From assembly GCA_041576165.1 (NCBI GenBank), contig JBFGLM010000005.1, positions 64,001-128,000 on the forward strand: DNA of 64,000 nt, written 5' to 3'. The notes below the pieces were generated by a model, which saw only the letters and a list, made by a program, of their open reading frames with translations, did no database searches and was not told where the DNA came from. Every line of letters begins with the position of its first letter. Positions within the stretch are counted from its first letter, which is position 1. Position numbers and translations under genes: made by a program. Shown here piece by piece: positions 1 through 9,718 of the stretch. The stretch is from Acidimicrobiia bacterium. GTDB lineage: Bacteria; Actinomycetota; Acidimicrobiia; Spongiisociales; Spongiisociaceae.

Positions 1-1
1 G

Positions 2-862
2 GACGCGGTGTTGGGCGAGTCGACCCAGGATCACGAACTCAGGAAGGTTGGCCCCGGCCCCAGCGATCGTCAGCGCCACAATCGCCCCGATCCCGACTCC
101 GACCCCGGCCAGCGCATCGGCAATGGGCACGAACAGCTCGGTACTGAAGTACAGCGGAGTACCAAGGGCCGCGGCGAGCGGGATCGATGCCGGTCCGTTG
201 TTCCCGGTCAGCCGGGCCACCGCTTCGGGTGGGACCAATGCCTCGATCGCAAGGCCGATCGCGACACCCAGCAGCAGCACCGGCCCCAGCGACCGCAGCA
301 GCCCGGCGGCGGCAATCCACGCCGTCCGCGCCTCCTGATGGAGGCCCGCCCATGGTGCGTTGGCGTCCGAGTCCGCCGGATCGGCGCAGTCCACAGGGGA
401 CGGCGGTCGATCGGCCGGAACCGACCCGGTGAAGGCTGCCGCAGGGGTCAGTGGTTTGAGGTAGCGGGCGATGCCCGCGCGCTCTGCGATCAGCGCCAGG
501 CCGAGCGCTGCGGCGAAAGCCACCATCACGTATGCCCCAGCCGCACGCGCCCCGACGATGATCAGGAGTGCCCCGAACAACACTGGATCGAGGACCGGGG
601 CAGCCACGATGAAGGCCACGTACCCGGCCGGCGTTACCCCGGCCCGTCGCAGCCCCACCAGCAGCGGTATCGCCGAATAGGTGCAGAAAGGCGTCACAAA
701 GCCGACCGCGATCCCCTTCAGTGCTGCGCTGATCGGACGCCCGCCCATCCATTTCCGGAGCCGCGCCGGTCCCAGCCGCCGCTGGGCCAGGTGTATGAGA
801 AAAGCAACGCCGAAGAACAACGCGACCAACTCGGCGAAGAGAATCAGTGAACGACCGATCAC
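2..862 (-). CDS. Permease, DUF318/ArsP-like (3' end runs off the window)
   Basis: Manual translation from GTG at 862 (GTGA overlap with the ArsR stop): MIGRSLILFAELVALFFGVAFLIHL...GIAVGFVTPFCTYSAIPLLVGL...AFIVAAPVLDP; hydrophobic with the TPFC motif typical of this family. Confidence 0.75.
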   Translation of the reverse strand, partial: MIGRSLILFAELVALFFGVAFLIHLAQRRLGPARLRKWMGGRPISAALKGIAVGFVTPFCTYSAIPLLVGLRRAGVTPAGYVAFIVAAPVLDPVLFGALLIIVGARAAGAYVMVAFAAALGLALIAERAGIARYLKPLTPAAAFTGSVPADRPPSPVDCADPADSDANAPWAGLHQEARTAWIAAAGLLRSLGPVLLLGVAIGLAIEALVPPEAVARLTGNNGPASIPLAAALGTPLYFSTELFVPIADALAGVGVGIGAIVALTIAGAGANLPEFVILGRLAQHRV

Positions 863-1188
863 GCCTGCGACCTCGGCGCATCAAGCCGGCCCATCAGATC
901 GGCGGCCGCATCCGGCAAAGCGGTCATGCAGGCCTCGTTGACCTCCACCAGCGTACGGTTGCCATCCGGTTGGACGAACACGAAGCCACCATCGGCCAGA
1001 ATCTGCAGGTGTCGCGACACCGTTGACTGGCTCTTGCCCACCGCGTCGACGATCTCGCCCACGGTCAGCGGTCGGGTGGTCGTCGCCACGAGATGCAGTA
1101 TCCGGTTTCGGGTGCCATCCGCCAGGCATCGGAACCAACGGGCGTACTCGTCAAACCGAGCAATGGGTTCGTTCTTGGCAGTATTCAT
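859..1188 (-). CDS. ArsR/SmtB family transcriptional repressor
   Basis: FRCLADGTRNRILHLV...LTVGEIVDAVGKSQSTVSRHLQIL winged HTH; ATG at 1188. Confidence 0.9.
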   Translation of the reverse strand: MNTAKNEPIARFDEYARWFRCLADGTRNRILHLVATTTRPLTVGEIVDAVGKSQSTVSRHLQILADGGFVFVQPDGNRTLVEVNEACMTALPDAAADLMGRLDAPRSQA

Positions 1189-1209
1189 CGTTAATCGACG
1201 ATAGACGAT
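1187..1209. promoter_or_regulatory. Putative ArsR operator (imperfect inverted repeat)
   Basis: ATCGTTAATCG-A-CGATAGACGAT, 9 of 11 arm positions pair; overlaps the ArsR start codon. Confidence 0.55.
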
Positions 1210-1286
1210 AAAGAGGCCGGGTGCAAGTGTCGGCCGGCTTCTGCCGCCGCGCCGGCGCACCCGGAAACCGTCCTACCCTTGGCGAC

Positions 1287-1829
1287 ATGCCCGATCCCAC
1301 TGAGTTCCTGCGGCTGGTGGTTGATCCGTACCGGTTGGCGATCCTCGGCGCGGCAGCGCTCGGTCCGGTCGACGTCGGGGCGGTGGCCCGCGCTCTGGAG
1401 ATTTCGCCCAAACAAGTGCTCACCCAGCTGGCCAAGCTGCAGAGAGCGGGTCTGATCGATCACGGCCGCCGCTTGAACCTGGTGCAGCTGCGCGAGATCG
1501 GACAACAGCTGCCGGCCGTGCAGGTAGCGGATCCGGACATGGTCGAAGGCCCCTGGTCGCATGATGAGGTTGGCGTGCTCCGGACGTTCTTTCGAGGGGA
1601 TCGGCTGGCGCATATCCCGACCAGCCGGAGCAAGCGTCTCGTGGTGTTGGAGCGGCTGGCCCAGGAGTTTCAGCCCGGCGTGCGATATGACGAGCGCCAC
1701 GTCAACCTCAAGCTGCAGTTGTTCCACCCGGATTACGCGGCGCTGCGGCGCTACATGGTCGACGAAGGCCTGCTCACTCGGGCCGAAGGGGTTTACTGGC
1801 GTACCGGCGGCCGTTACGAAGTCGATTGA
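1287..1829 (+). CDS. DUF2087 domain protein with N-terminal HTH
   Basis: C-terminal LRTFF...IPTSRSKRLVVLERLA..F.PG.RY.E..VN..L..FHPDYAALRRYMVDEGLLTR. Confidence 0.8.
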   Translation: MPDPTEFLRLVVDPYRLAILGAAALGPVDVGAVARALEISPKQVLTQLAKLQRAGLIDHGRRLNLVQLREIGQQLPAVQVADPDMVEGPWSHDEVGVLRTFFRGDRLAHIPTSRSKRLVVLERLAQEFQPGVRYDERHVNLKLQLFHPDYAALRRYMVDEGLLTRAEGVYWRTGGRYEVD

Positions 1830-1844
1830 GCTCGGCGCAGGCGC

Positions 1845-2831
1845 TCACTCCCGTCTGGCGAGGACCAGCGCAAACCGACCGGCCGGGTCCGTGAACCAGC
1901 CGCGGGCCACCATCCCTGTGCCCGCCAACATTTCCACCACGCTCTGCTGGGTGAATTTGCAGCTGACTTCGGTGTGAATCATTTCGCCCGAGTCGATCTC
2001 AATCTCCATATTGAGGGCAACCACTCGAACAGTCACGGCCCGGCTGGCCCGCAGCCAGGCCTCCATACCGGCGAGCGTGGGATTCCAGCGGGGAACATGT
2101 TCGAAGACCTCGACTGGGAAATCCGCACCGAGCTCGCGGTTCACCACGTGCAGAATGTTCTTCGTGAATTCGGCCGTCACCCCCGTTGAGTCGTTGTAGG
2201 CGGCGACCATCGTGTCGACGTCCTTGACCAGATCGACTCCCAGCAGGAAGTGGTCGCCGGGTTGCAGAATCTGGCGCACCTGGCCCAGGAAGGCTCTTCG
2301 CTCCCGGGCCTGCAGGTTGCCGATTGTCGAACCGAGAAACATGGCGAGCCGCCGGCCCCGGCGGGGCACGGCAGGCAGGTCGCTGTGAAAGTCTCCGACG
2401 AGGCCCTCGATCTCGAGCCAGGTGTAGTCCACGCAGAGGTCTTTGGCCGCCGACAGCAGAGCGTCTTCGGAGATGTCCACGGGGACATAGCGAGTCCCGG
2501 CGCCGGTCCGACGCATCGCATCGATCAGCAGCCGGGTCTTGTCGGATGAGCCGGACCCGAGTTCCACCAGTTCGTGGGGACGGGCGAGCGCCATGATGTC
2601 GTCGGCGTGGACTTCGAGTATCTCGCGCTCCGCCCCGGTGAGGTAGTACTCGGGGAGTCGGGTAATGGCCTCGAACAGCTGCGACCCACGGGCGTCGTAG
2701 AAATACTTAGAGGGAATGGCTTTCGGAGTGCTCGTCAATCCCGACATGATGTCGGCGGCCATTTCCGTCCGGACGTCCTTTGGTTCGGTCAAATGGCGCA
2801 CCGTGACGGGGGCATCCCCAGTGGTCCTCAT
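1845..2831 (-). CDS. egtD: L-histidine N-alpha-trimethyltransferase
   Basis: PKAIPSKYFYDARGSQLFEAITRLPEYYLT, ELGSGSSDKT, FLGSTIGN, AYNDSTGVTAEF, TEVSCKF; last gene of the egt operon. Confidence 0.93.
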   Translation of the reverse strand: MRTTGDAPVTVRHLTEPKDVRTEMAADIMSGLTSTPKAIPSKYFYDARGSQLFEAITRLPEYYLTGAEREILEVHADDIMALARPHELVELGSGSSDKTRLLIDAMRRTGAGTRYVPVDISEDALLSAAKDLCVDYTWLEIEGLVGDFHSDLPAVPRRGRRLAMFLGSTIGNLQARERRAFLGQVRQILQPGDHFLLGVDLVKDVDTMVAAYNDSTGVTAEFTKNILHVVNRELGADFPVEVFEHVPRWNPTLAGMEAWLRASRAVTVRVVALNMEIEIDSGEMIHTEVSCKFTQQSVVEMLAGTGMVARGWFTDPAGRFALVLARRE

Positions 2832-3607
2832 TGTGCCCCCTCCATCGGGTGAACGGTTGTTGTGCCGGCCGTGAACTCGATGACATGACCTTCCGGCACT
2901 GGTACCCATCCGGACCGGTCGTCGTGCGGCTCCGAAGCCACCACGGTTGCTTGTCCGTCCGTGATGCAATACAGCGAGTTCGCGGGACCACCCACGCTGT
3001 GGCGGGCGGCGACGAACGTCGTCCCGTCGCCCACGACGAGATTGAGTGTTGCGGTCTCGCCGTGCTTTTCGAGCACGCTGCGCACGTCACTCAGTGTCGT
3101 CGCGACGGCGGTTCGGAGTGGCTCGCCGCCGCTGGCGTGCTGAGCAACGAGCAAGAACAAGACATTCGAGTCGGTGAACGCCTGCAGGCGAGCAAATAGT
3201 TCGGGTTCTAGGCGGGCCACGAGGTCCCGGCCGACGCCTCCACGAAATCCGTTGATGCGGCCGTTGTGGGCCCCGGCCAGCGCCCCCGCCACGAATGGCG
3301 CAACGCTGGCTGCACCAAAGGGAAGACCGCGCGTAGCGGACCGTACTGTCGCGAGCTGATGGGCGGACCGGATGCGAGGCGCCAGTGACACCAGGTTGGC
3401 GTCGCCCCACGGCGGCTGGGCGGTTGTGTAGCGGATCGGCTCAGAGTCGTTGCCGTCCCACCAGGCGACTCCGGTGCCGTCCACGTTCAGCGAGCCGTGC
3501 AAGAGCTCGCGTGGTGCGTAGGCCTGGTGTTCCAGGGAGTGGGGTCCGTCGAACAGCAGGGCGGACAGCGGAGCCGGTGGGCCGGCGTAGGCCGCGATTC
3601 GGCACAT
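2828..3607 (-). CDS. egtC: Gamma-glutamyl-hercynylcysteine sulfoxide hydrolase (class II glutamine amidotransferase fold)
   Basis: N-terminal MCR nucleophile, NVDGTGVAWW, VRSAT, HNG, VASEP; sits between egtB and egtD. Confidence 0.88.
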   Translation of the reverse strand: MCRIAAYAGPPAPLSALLFDGPHSLEHQAYAPRELLHGSLNVDGTGVAWWDGNDSEPIRYTTAQPPWGDANLVSLAPRIRSAHQLATVRSATRGLPFGAASVAPFVAGALAGAHNGRINGFRGGVGRDLVARLEPELFARLQAFTDSNVLFLLVAQHASGGEPLRTAVATTLSDVRSVLEKHGETATLNLVVGDGTTFVAARHSVGGPANSLYCITDGQATVVASEPHDDRSGWVPVPEGHVIEFTAGTTTVHPMEGAQ

Positions 3608-4926
3608 CAGGCGTGGTCCCACACGAGCCGGATTCCGGAGAAGATCTGGCGGCGAATCGGCCAGTCCCAGTTGCGGAACGTCCCCCGGGCCACCGAGCGG
3701 GAGGTGGCCCACGACGCCCCGCGTAGCACCCGGTAATCCTCGCCGAAGAAGACCTCCGAGTACTCGGGGTAGGGGAACGTGACATAACCCGGGTACGGCC
3801 GGAAAAAGGAACGCGTCCATTCGTACGTGTCGCCAATCATCTGCTCCACGCCGAAGGCCGACCTGCCTGCTGGGAAGCTGCCGACCGCCGCCGGGCCCCA
3901 GTTGCGCTGGTCGAGGTTGGCCACCTCCGAATGCGGTTGGTGCTCCCCCCACGGATACGTGCGGGCCCGCCCGGCCGTTGGATCCCACAACGCGGCCTTC
4001 TCCCACTCGGCTTCGGTCGGAAGCCGCGCGCCGACCCAGGTGGCCAAGGCTTGTGCTTCGTGAAAGTTGACGTGCTGGACCGGCTCAGCCGGGTCGAGCG
4101 AACGTGTGTGGCCGAAGCGACGGACCAGCCAACCGCCGGCCAGGTCGGGCATCCAGCCTTGCGGCGAGGTTGCATCTTCTCCGGCCAGCCATTCCCAGCC
4201 GTGGTCGGTCCATAGCTCACGGTTTTGATATCCCCCAGCCTCGACGAACAAGGCGAAGCGCCGGGCCGTGACAGGGAACCGCTCCATCCAGTAGGTGTCG
4301 AGATGTACGTCGTGAACCGGCCGCTCATTGTCGTAGGCGGCGGTGAGGTCGTCCGTGCCCATGCGAAACGGCCCGGCCGGTATTTCGATCCGCTCCTCAT
4401 CGTCGACCGTCGCTCGACGTGCCGGAGTGATCGCCTCGGCGACCGGCCGGTAGGGTTCGAGGTCGGTCCGCAGGTCGAGGGCCTGGAGGATGGTCTCCTG
4501 ATGCTGCGCTTCGTGTTGGACGATCATGTCGAACACATACCCGTCCCGGAGCAGCGGGTCATCTGAGCGGAAGTCAGCCCGGTCGATGATTGCGAGCACG
4601 TCGCCCCGCACCTCGTTCAGGTACTCGGTGGCCTCCGTCTGGTCGAGGATGGGTAGATCGCCACGACACCACCGCGGGTTGTCGAAGGGGTTGTACAGCT
4701 CGTCGAGTTGCGGATCGTGGGGATCCCGCCCGTCGAGCTCTCGCAACAACCAGAGTTCTTCAAAGTTGGCGATATGGCCCATGTCCCAGACAACCGGGCT
4801 CATCAGCGCGTTGTGCTGGCTGTGGAGGTCTTCGTAGCTGAGCGGGTGCACCATTCGGAATGTGCGGTCGCGCAACATCGTCAACTCGCCCCGTAGCCGA
4901 TGGCGACGCGTGTCGGTGGTGGTCAC
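3607..4926 (-). CDS. egtB: Ergothioneine sulfoxide synthase (DinB_2 + FGE-sulfatase)
   Basis: MSPVVWDMGHIA, QHEAQHQETIL iron-binding motif, RLPTEAEWEKAA, FRNWDWPIRRQIFSG. Confidence 0.93.
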   Translation of the reverse strand: MTTTDTRRHRLRGELTMLRDRTFRMVHPLSYEDLHSQHNALMSPVVWDMGHIANFEELWLLRELDGRDPHDPQLDELYNPFDNPRWCRGDLPILDQTEATEYLNEVRGDVLAIIDRADFRSDDPLLRDGYVFDMIVQHEAQHQETILQALDLRTDLEPYRPVAEAITPARRATVDDEERIEIPAGPFRMGTDDLTAAYDNERPVHDVHLDTYWMERFPVTARRFALFVEAGGYQNRELWTDHGWEWLAGEDATSPQGWMPDLAGGWLVRRFGHTRSLDPAEPVQHVNFHEAQALATWVGARLPTEAEWEKAALWDPTAGRARTYPWGEHQPHSEVANLDQRNWGPAAVGSFPAGRSAFGVEQMIGDTYEWTRSFFRPYPGYVTFPYPEYSEVFFGEDYRVLRGASWATSRSVARGTFRNWDWPIRRQIFSGIRLVWDHA

Positions 4927-6257
4927 AGTGTTCCTCTCTGCAAAAGGAGTTGGGTCTCGGAGCTGACCGTCCCAGATATCGGTTCGGCCCAGTGATCGAA
5001 CTGCTGGGCAGCAGGGAGCGTCGCCACGTCGGTCCCCGGGGAAGCAGCCCGTAGGGTGAACTGCTCCACAAAGGCTTCGGCTTCGCGCAGGTGATCGGTC
5101 CGCACTTTCGTCCGACACCGCTGCGCCCCATCGAGCGCCAGGCGCCACACCTGGAGGGCGGTGGAGAAGATTTCATGGTCGGCCAGCCCTCGACGGGCGG
5201 CCCGGATCCACAGCTCATGACAGCGCGGGCCGAACGGCTCTAGCACGGCCGAGATGGCCGCGAGGGTCGGTGGGTCGTAGAGCGCACCCACCAGCAACAC
5301 GACTGGGGCGGCCACCAGCCGCGCGGGTAGTGCATCGATTGCCCGGATTTCGAGCACACCCTGCCGCAGGCGCACCTCCGGGAACAGCGTGGTGAGGTGG
5401 TAGCGCAGGTCATCGGTTTCCGGTGGGGGATAGGAGCCCGGCGATGTGATCCAGTCGACCATCCGCACACCGGGAGGGAAGGGCCGGGAAGTGCCGTCAC
5501 GCCGCAGCATCATTACGTCGGCCGCCAAACACCAATCGATCAGGCCCTCGAGGCCGGGTCGGCCCAGATCGGGGAAGCCGGTCCGGGTGCGGTCGAGTGC
5601 CTGCCAGATCCGGGCGCGGCGCGAGGCCGCGGTGGGGGAGGAGGAGTTGCTGAAACTGGCAGTGAGAAAAGGGGAGAGGAGGTTGGCGGTTCGCCAGCGG
5701 GAGAGGAGATGCCGCCCGCCATCGAGGTTTATCTGAAGGGCGGCCGTGTTCCGCATCATGCCGGGGCCAGCATGGCCCTTGGATTGGAAGTAGTCGGCCA
5801 TGGCCTTGTAACGAGGCCCAGGCAGAAACTGAGGGATGTCGTCGGCGAAATGCCACGGGTCGGTGCCACATGCGACCACCTGGCGACCTAGCTGCGCGGC
5901 CGAGCGGGCCAGCGCCGTCCGAACGGTGCGCACGTCGTCGATCGCCTCGGACGCGGAGGGTTGAGGACGCGTAGCGTGCTCCAGCTGCGCTCCTGGTTCG
6001 AAGCTCATCTCCCCCATCGTTCCCAGATCGAGAATCGGATTGGCGTCCCGGTCGCTGGGGGTGGTTTGGCCCATGTGCGCAGCAATATGCACCGCACCGC
6101 CGGGTCCGAACAACCCCACGCGGTCTGCGCCGAACCCCGCCATTGCGAACACCTCAGCCTCGATTCCGACCAAGTCCGGACGAGTCGAGTCGCCTTCCAG
6201 CTCCTCGCGGATCAGCCGGCGAGCTGCCTCGATGGTGAGTTGTGTCTGGTGCTGCAT
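4923..6257 (-). CDS. egtA: Glutamate--cysteine ligase of the egt pathway
   Basis: GIEAE, SFEPGAQLE, PRYKAM, MMRNTAALQINLD, YHLTTLFPEVR, LEIRAID; first gene of the operon. Confidence 0.85.
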   Translation of the reverse strand: MQHQTQLTIEAARRLIREELEGDSTRPDLVGIEAEVFAMAGFGADRVGLFGPGGAVHIAAHMGQTTPSDRDANPILDLGTMGEMSFEPGAQLEHATRPQPSASEAIDDVRTVRTALARSAAQLGRQVVACGTDPWHFADDIPQFLPGPRYKAMADYFQSKGHAGPGMMRNTAALQINLDGGRHLLSRWRTANLLSPFLTASFSNSSSPTAASRRARIWQALDRTRTGFPDLGRPGLEGLIDWCLAADVMMLRRDGTSRPFPPGVRMVDWITSPGSYPPPETDDLRYHLTTLFPEVRLRQGVLEIRAIDALPARLVAAPVVLLVGALYDPPTLAAISAVLEPFGPRCHELWIRAARRGLADHEIFSTALQVWRLALDGAQRCRTKVRTDHLREAEAFVEQFTLRAASPGTDVATLPAAQQFDHWAEPISGTVSSETQLLLQRGTL

Positions 6258-6284
6258 CCCCGGTCAACGCCTCCAAGGGGACCA

Positions 6285-6310
6285 AACGTTCCAGATGTCC
6301 TAGCTATTCC
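6285..6310 (-). promoter_or_regulatory. SigH/SigR-type ECF promoter upstream of egtA
   Basis: Minus strand GGAAT-N18-GTT exact match; a second GGAAC-N19-GTTG at 6265-6292. Confidence 0.55.
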
Positions 6311-6354
6311 GAGCATGATCTATCGTGCGTCGGGTGAAACGAGGGAGTTGACGA

Positions 6355-7203
6355 ATGCCGGGTCTCATGGCCTTTCATGCACATCCCGACGACGAGGTGA
6401 CATCGACGGGCGGCGTGCTCGCCAAATACGCCGACGCAGGCGAGCAGGTCGTGGTCGTGACCGGAACCGATGGAGCCGAGGGGGAGATCCACAACTACGA
6501 CAATCCCGACGAGCTCAGGCCTCACCTCACCGAACTTCGCCAGGAGGAAATCGCCAAGGCGCTCGCAATCCTGGGCGTCCACAATCACGAGTTCCTCGGC
6601 TACCGCGACTCGGGAATGATGGGCACAGATGCCAACGAGCATCCAGAGTGTTTCTGGCGGGCCGACTTCATGGAATCAACCGGCCGGCTGGTCCGGGCCG
6701 TGCGGAAGTATCAGCCGGACGTCATGATCATTTACGACCCGTTTGGTGGTTACGGCCACCCTGACCACATCCAGGTGCACCGGATCGGCTTGGCGGCGTA
6801 TTGGTCGGCACACGATGAATCCCGCTTTCCCCTGGAGACCGGCGAAGAGCCGTGGCAGCCCCAGAAGCTGTACTGGTCGGCCTGGCCGCGATCGCGGGTG
6901 CAGGCCTTCGCACAACGTCGTCTCGCAGAGGGCTCGATCACTCAGGATGAGTACGAGCGGATGCGCCGGGGCGGGATACCGGACGCAGAGCTGACGGCCA
7001 CAATCGACATCACGCCTTTCATCGATCGCAAGTTCGACGCCTGGCGGGCCCATCGGTCTCAAATCCCACTCGATTGGTGGATGTTTCAGGTGCCGGAGTC
7101 CGAGCGCGAAGCCGTGTTCGGCCGCGAGACCTTCCAGCGCGTGTTTTCCCGGGTGGAGGTGCCGTACCACGAGACAGACTTCTTCACCGGCCTGCGCAGC
7201 TGA
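6355..7203 (+). CDS. PIG-L family deacetylase (mycothiol conjugate amidase Mca/MshB-like)
   Basis: FHAHPDDE, TDGAEGE, LGYRDSGM, YDPFGGYGHPDHI, AHRSQI. Confidence 0.85.
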   Translation: MPGLMAFHAHPDDEVTSTGGVLAKYADAGEQVVVVTGTDGAEGEIHNYDNPDELRPHLTELRQEEIAKALAILGVHNHEFLGYRDSGMMGTDANEHPECFWRADFMESTGRLVRAVRKYQPDVMIIYDPFGGYGHPDHIQVHRIGLAAYWSAHDESRFPLETGEEPWQPQKLYWSAWPRSRVQAFAQRRLAEGSITQDEYERMRRGGIPDAELTATIDITPFIDRKFDAWRAHRSQIPLDWWMFQVPESEREAVFGRETFQRVFSRVEVPYHETDFFTGLRS

Positions 7204-8022
7204 ATGCCGCCGGGCCCGGCCGACCGCTGGCGGGAGCAGCTCGAAGCGTGGGCGTTGCCGCCGCGACTCCTCGAGCAAGCCGCCGAATCGCCGTATGGAT
7301 GGCCGGCGACGCTGCTTCGGCGGCGCAACGAGGCTGGGTTGGGGTCTGCTCCCGACCCAACCCGGGGCGTGATCGCCGAGCACCTGCCGCCGGCCGGTCT
7401 ATTGGTGGACGTGGGCGCCGGCACGGGGCGAGTTTCGATTGACTTCGCAGGTGCCGGCTATCGGCTGGCGGCGGTCGAGCCCAATGCCGAGATGGCAAAC
7501 GTTCTGCGGCACGAAGCGGCCGAACGGTCGGTCGAGATCGACATCATTGAGCAACCCTGGCCGCAGGCGGCCCATCGGCTGTCGCCGGCCGACGTGGTGG
7601 TCTGCGCCCACGTCGTGTACGACGTGGCGGAGATCGCGCCGTTCGTGGCTGCGCTCGACGGGGCGGCGCCGGTGGTCGTGATCGAGTTGACCTCCCGGCA
7701 TCCTTGGTCTGATCTCGCTCCGCTGTACAAGGCGCTGCACGGTCTTGACCGGCCGGAGGGGCCTACGCTGGAGTTGTTCGTCGACGTCGTCGGTGAGGCG
7801 GTGGGACGTACGCCCGCAGTGATCGAGTGGAAGCGTCCACCGAGCCTGTATTTCGAGTCGTGGACTGAGATCCTCAGTTACTACCGCAAACGGCTGTTGG
7901 TGGGACAGGAACGCGACGCAGAACTCCGAGATCTGCTGGCTCCGCAGGTTGCCTGGTCCGGAGGGCGTGCCACGGTCGGCAGTCCCCGCTCGCTCGCCAC
8001 GGTCTGGTGGAAATCGGCCTGA
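7204..8022 (+). CDS. Class I SAM-dependent methyltransferase
   Basis: LVDVGAGTG, AVEPNAEM, DVVVCAHVVY. Confidence 0.8.
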   Translation: MPPGPADRWREQLEAWALPPRLLEQAAESPYGWPATLLRRRNEAGLGSAPDPTRGVIAEHLPPAGLLVDVGAGTGRVSIDFAGAGYRLAAVEPNAEMANVLRHEAAERSVEIDIIEQPWPQAAHRLSPADVVVCAHVVYDVAEIAPFVAALDGAAPVVVIELTSRHPWSDLAPLYKALHGLDRPEGPTLELFVDVVGEAVGRTPAVIEWKRPPSLYFESWTEILSYYRKRLLVGQERDAELRDLLAPQVAWSGGRATVGSPRSLATVWWKSA

Positions 8023-8072
8023 GTCAGCGGCCTCTTCGGCAATACTTGGGTGCTCGAAATGACGGGGTCTCT

Positions 8073-9671
8073 GTGTTTGTTGTTCGCGATGTGACGATCG
8101 AGGCCGGCGTGCGGACGCTGGTCCGTGACGCGCGTTTCACGGTGCAGGCGGGCGACAAGATGGGCCTGGTGGGTAGAAACGGGGCTGGCAAGACCACGCT
8201 CATGCGGACGCTTGCCGGCGAGCGATCCCCCGTCGCCGGCGTCATCCACAGCGTCGGGCGGGTCGGGTACCTCTCCCAGGAGAGCGAGCTGCCTGCCCTC
8301 GAGCGGCGGGACTTGAGCGCGTTCGAGCGAATCCTGGCGGCGCGAGACATCGGAGCGCTATTACGGCGCATCGAAGAACGGCGCCAGGCAATCGAACGGG
8401 CGACCGGCTCCGAGCGTGACCGACTGATCCGCCAGCATGCTCGACTGCGGGACGAGTTCGAAACCCGCGGCGGTTACGCCGCCGAGGCTGAGGCCAGGGC
8501 TACTGCGGCTGCGCTGGGCATCCGCAACGAAGAGCTCGGCCAGCCGGTCGCGACCATGTCTGGCGGCCAGCGCCGCCGCGTCGAGCTGGCCCGGATCCTG
8601 TTTGCTGAAACCGACACGCTGTTGCTGGACGAGCCCACCAACCACCTGGACCTCGACGCCAAGGCCTGGCTGATGGATTACTTGTCGGCCTATAGAGGAG
8701 GCCTGCTGGTCGTGAGCCACGACCTGCCGCTGCTGGACGAATCGATCACCTCGGTCCTGGCGCTCGACGGCGGACAGGTCGAGATGTACCGGGGCAATTA
8801 CAGCTTCTACCTCGAAGAACGAGAGCGACGTCGCCGCCAACGTGAGAGGGAACGGCGCCAGCAAGAGGAACGGATCGCCCAGCTGGAAGCGACCGTACGC
8901 CGCTTCAAGGGCACGACCGAGAAGATGGCGAAACGGGCCAAGGCGATGCAGACGCGGGCCGACAAGATGAAAGCCAACGTCACCCAGATCGGGCCCCGTG
9001 ATCGACGGGTCGCCGTTCGGTTTCCGCAGCCCCCTCCGTCCGGCAAGACCCCGCTGGAGGCAACCGGCCTAGCCAAGGCATTTGGCGAGAACCTCGTCTT
9101 CGTCGATGTCGACGTGGTAGTCGATCGGGGAGAGCGGGTCCTGATCATGGGTCTGAACGGAGCGGGCAAGACCACGTTGCTGCGCATTCTGGCTGGAATC
9201 ACCAGCCCCGATCTCGGGGAGGTTTCCCTCGGCCACAATGTGTCACTCGGGTACTACGCCCAGGAGCACGAATCGATCCGGGCCGGGATGTCTGTGCTGG
9301 ACCACCTGCGAGCGGTTTCCGACCAGCCGGATCAGGTGCTGCGTTCCGTGCTCGGGCATTTCCTGCTGGCCGACAAGGTCGCCCAGGACGCCGGCACGCT
9401 GTCGGGCGGGGAGAAGACCAAAACGGCGCTGGCCCAGCTCGTTGTGTCCCGGCCCAATGTCCTGTTGCTGGATGAGCCGACCAACAACCTCGACCCCCAG
9501 GCCAAAGAAGCGTTGTTGGGTGCCCTGCACTCCTACACGGGTACGATCGTCCTCGTCAGTCACGACACTGAGTTCGTCGCGGACCTGGTGCCCGATCGGG
9601 CGATCATGATGCCCGAGGGCGAATCGCACTACTTCGACGAGACGATGCTGGATCTGGTGGCGCTCGCTTGA
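8073..9671 (+). CDS. ABC-F family ATP-binding protein
   Basis: Two ABC domains (GRNGAGKTT/SGGQ/LLDEPTNHLD; GLNGAGKTT/SGGE/LLDEPTNNLD), YRGNYS linker, no TM helices. Confidence 0.92.
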   Translation: MFVVRDVTIEAGVRTLVRDARFTVQAGDKMGLVGRNGAGKTTLMRTLAGERSPVAGVIHSVGRVGYLSQESELPALERRDLSAFERILAARDIGALLRRIEERRQAIERATGSERDRLIRQHARLRDEFETRGGYAAEAEARATAAALGIRNEELGQPVATMSGGQRRRVELARILFAETDTLLLDEPTNHLDLDAKAWLMDYLSAYRGGLLVVSHDLPLLDESITSVLALDGGQVEMYRGNYSFYLEERERRRRQRERERRQQEERIAQLEATVRRFKGTTEKMAKRAKAMQTRADKMKANVTQIGPRDRRVAVRFPQPPPSGKTPLEATGLAKAFGENLVFVDVDVVVDRGERVLIMGLNGAGKTTLLRILAGITSPDLGEVSLGHNVSLGYYAQEHESIRAGMSVLDHLRAVSDQPDQVLRSVLGHFLLADKVAQDAGTLSGGEKTKTALAQLVVSRPNVLLLDEPTNNLDPQAKEALLGALHSYTGTIVLVSHDTEFVADLVPDRAIMMPEGESHYFDETMLDLVALA

Positions 9672-9718
9672 GACGAGCCGCCGGCCGTTGTTCGTGCTAG
9701 ATCTTGCTCCCGGCAGCC

